DNA of 63,978 bases, counting the filler, from Choristocarpus tenellus KU-1152 (taxonomy: Eukaryota > Protista > Phaeophyceae), in NCBI GenBank assembly GCA_964200185.2. It is 10 parts of 10 records of this genome, joined end to end, with 100 filler letters (N's around TTAATTAATTAA, not from the genome) between each part and the next. Parts side by side here need not be neighbours in the genome. Positions count along the whole stretch, not along the records: positions 61,309 to 63,978 come from CAXNAD020025784.1; 9 more parts are not named here. One strand, 5' to 3'. The first letter of the stretch is position 1; every line of letters starts with the position of its first letter. A model generated the notes under the pieces. The model saw nothing but the letters and a program-made list of their open reading frames with translations. It was not told where the DNA came from and ran no database searches. The position numbers and the translations under genes were made by a program. Below are positions 61,546 through 63,978 of the stretch, piece after piece.

Positions 61546-62474
61546 GTGGAGACCAGATAAAACAAGCCACTACAGTGGGTGGTTTCATTATTGGTGGGAG
61601 GACCACCACATAAATTCGACCAGGAAGAGATACCTTCAGAAGCAAGTGGAACATATGACAAGAAGGTGATCAGAAAAACATGGCACCCAGAGGTAAGCAT
61701 TTATTTACCAGTTATGTGTGGGTTGTGGTACAAATATCTGCACTACTACAGTGTTTGCGCTTTGAGACTGCTGTCCAACTATGACTATGTCCCATGGTTG
61801 ACGTATATTTTTTGTATCATAATGAACTGTCCGCTGACCAGTGCTCAGTGGGATCAGCGGAACACCATGGTCACGGGAAGTGTGAAGCGACCCGGTAGAG
61901 CTAGTCTGGCAGGGATTCGAGATATCACCATCATGTCAATCAATCTAAGCAAGGCTAACTAAGCAGAACCTCTTGTCAAAAAGACTTCTGATGCAGGAGT
62001 TAAGGTCTTGGTACATGATGTGAGGGATGAACAACTGCAGGTGGCTTGTTTTACAAGTACTGCATGTAACCCTGGTGAGAATGGGGTGAGGTGTCAGAAG
62101 ACGAGACCGAGACACACAGAGTGGTGGTGGTGTTGGCTCTGGAGTGATGAGTCTTCCTCCGTTTCCCATTGTTGAAGTGGTACCATATTAAAAATAGTGA
62201 TTTCGGAATCGAAGACTAAAGGGAGTGAACTATCAACAGAAGTGTCTGTAATATCTTTGCATGAAGCGAAAGTGGAGTTCTTGAGTGCTATTGCTTTGAG
62301 ACCTGCGAAGTTCCTTGACTGATAGGATTTGTGATACGTTTTCCTGTTTCTGAACCAACAATATCAATGCACAACATGTTATTATAGGGACACAACACCA
62401 TGGTCATATGTGAGTGAACACTAAAATTCGTTAACATAAACTATCGTTTTTCAAGAAATATTTCTTATTCAGGA

Positions 62475-62652
62475 CTTTTCATTGGGGTTGAACTGTTAGC
62501 ATGTCCACTGTCCCCCGTATATGTATGGGACCCAACCACGACAAAAAAAAGAGTTGTTAACATACACTACACGTAAAAAAAAAAATCAGTTTTTTTCATT
62601 GGGCTTGGGCTGTTAGCAGTTCCACTGTCCGCCATATATACATGGGACTCAG
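62475..62652. repeat. ~60-bp direct repeat, period ~117
   Basis: TTTTCATTGGG..TG..CTGTTAGCA..TCCACTGTCC...ATGGGAC occurs twice. Confidence 0.75.
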
Positions 62653-63109
62653 GCATGTTCAAACATTTGGTGGTAATGAACTTGGTCAGGTCTGAACTTG
62701 GTTGTACATGACTGGCTGCTAACCTGGTCATGTTGATTAGTGACGGGCATGGACTCGGACATGTTACTAGAACATCTTATCTATAGCTGGGCAGGTAATA
62801 TTTTTTTGACACTTCGACCAGCCACGTCATGATCAAGCTTCCCTATTTGCCTTTCACTCTACTTACATCTTGTATGCTGGACTAATACTTTTTACTATAT
62901 ACTACATACTCCAAAGTACTTCAAAGTAAATAGTACATAGAAAAATATCTTTCACATTTAGACAATTGTTACTTTTTCAGGGGTTGTTCTGATATTGAAT
63001 TGACTTTTCATAGGTTTTCCCCTAACACAAAATGTCATTGTCTATAATAATATTTTATATTTATATATTTTTATTTTATATTATTTTCCATTTATTATTC
63101 ACACTATTT

Positions 63110-63182
63110 GTGGAAAGCATGTCTACCTGTTATTATACCGTTATTGCCGTATGCTATACACCGTTATACCGTGGTACCGATT
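63110..63182 (+). repeat. Dispersed ~73-bp repeat, second copy at 10613-10685 (minus strand)
   Basis: TGTGGAAAGCATG...TGTTATTATACCGTTATTGCC...CGTTATACCGTGGTAC. Confidence 0.8.
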
Positions 63183-63922
63183 GAGGTTCCCACTCAAGAG
63201 TTCATGATTTCACGGACAGACTTTCTGTCAGAATGAAACCATGGAATTTCTTCATGTGACCAATCCCATCGACTTGGGACAGCTCGTCATTCAGAGTTGT
63301 TACACATGGAAGATCCACTTTATTCTCACGTCTTGACTGATGATGAAGCCCCATCTCGATGGTGCTCATTTCTCCTCAATTTGCACTTGTCTAACCTTAA
63401 CCTCGTACCCTCGGATACGGTTCGTCCTTGTTCGTGTGGTCCTTCTTGCCCGGTGATTCTCTTCACCACCCTTGCCTGAGTGAACCACGTCGCCACAGAA
63501 TCACGCAATTCACATTGGCGACACCGGTGACCTCAGAAATAGGGTGACGGGGAATTTCTGTTTGACCACGGATGATAGATGCCGAACTCAAGATCGAGCG
63601 AAGACGTTGAGCACAAGAGCGCATAACTCCATATCTGGAGCCATCCAGAGCAGCAGAAGACGAGGTCCAAAGCCACGAGTCCACGGAAGACATGGAGTCT
63701 TCCACACATATCGATTCTGACTCGTCTAGTGTCAAGTCTACGTCATCTAGTATCATAACTCTTGCTGATCGTAGACGTGGTTCCCCTCCTCCTTCCCCTC
63801 GTACAGATCAGCAGGCTCATACCAGACCCGTGTCGTCGACCCTTGAGCATCATGCTAGCTCGGGCGACCATGACACTCGTTGGGTCCTGTTTCAGGAAGA
63901 ACCGGTCCCGCCTCCAAGTTCT

Positions 63923-63978
63923 GAGTGAAACTATCTTAGAGGGTACGAATTTTTCCCTGTTTGTCCATTTGTGGGGCT
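63923..63978 (+). mobile_element. MITE family A left end running off the window
   Basis: GAGTGAAACTATCTTAGAGGGTACGAATTTTTCCCTGTTTGTCCATTTG. Confidence 0.88.

Overview
Eukaryotic DNA from a fragmented draft assembly: ten unrelated contigs (1-5058, 5159-10798, 10899-19327, 19428-26262, 26363-32903, 33004-39927, 40028-42901, 43002-55864, 55965-61208, 61309-63978) joined by artificial 100-nt linkers (N44-TTAATTAATTAA-N44). GT-AG introns, TTAGGG repeats and gene style suggest a stramenopile, probably a brown alga or close relative (inference, not proven). Recognisable genes: a complete two-exon AMT1-type ammonium transporter, a complete five-exon M20A ArgE/DapE-like metallohydrolase, the 5' part of an RRM protein gene, two exons of an RNB-domain (DIS3/RNase II-like) gene and a five-exon orphan gene. 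Most of the rest is transposon-derived. The dominant structure is a DNA-transposon network sharing the terminus G(A/G)GT(C/G)AAAGTATCT with 4-bp target-site duplications, which fits Sola2. It includes ten copies of a ~258-bp MITE, a second poly-G-TIR family, and a decayed, apparently spliced transposase C-terminus followed by a Tudor-like domain and a matching right TIR. The second striking signal is dense, bidirectional insertion of short telomeric (TTAGGG)n tracts in introns, two of which can be shown by alignment to be insertions into pre-existing repeats. All comparisons were made by eye; no database searches were run.
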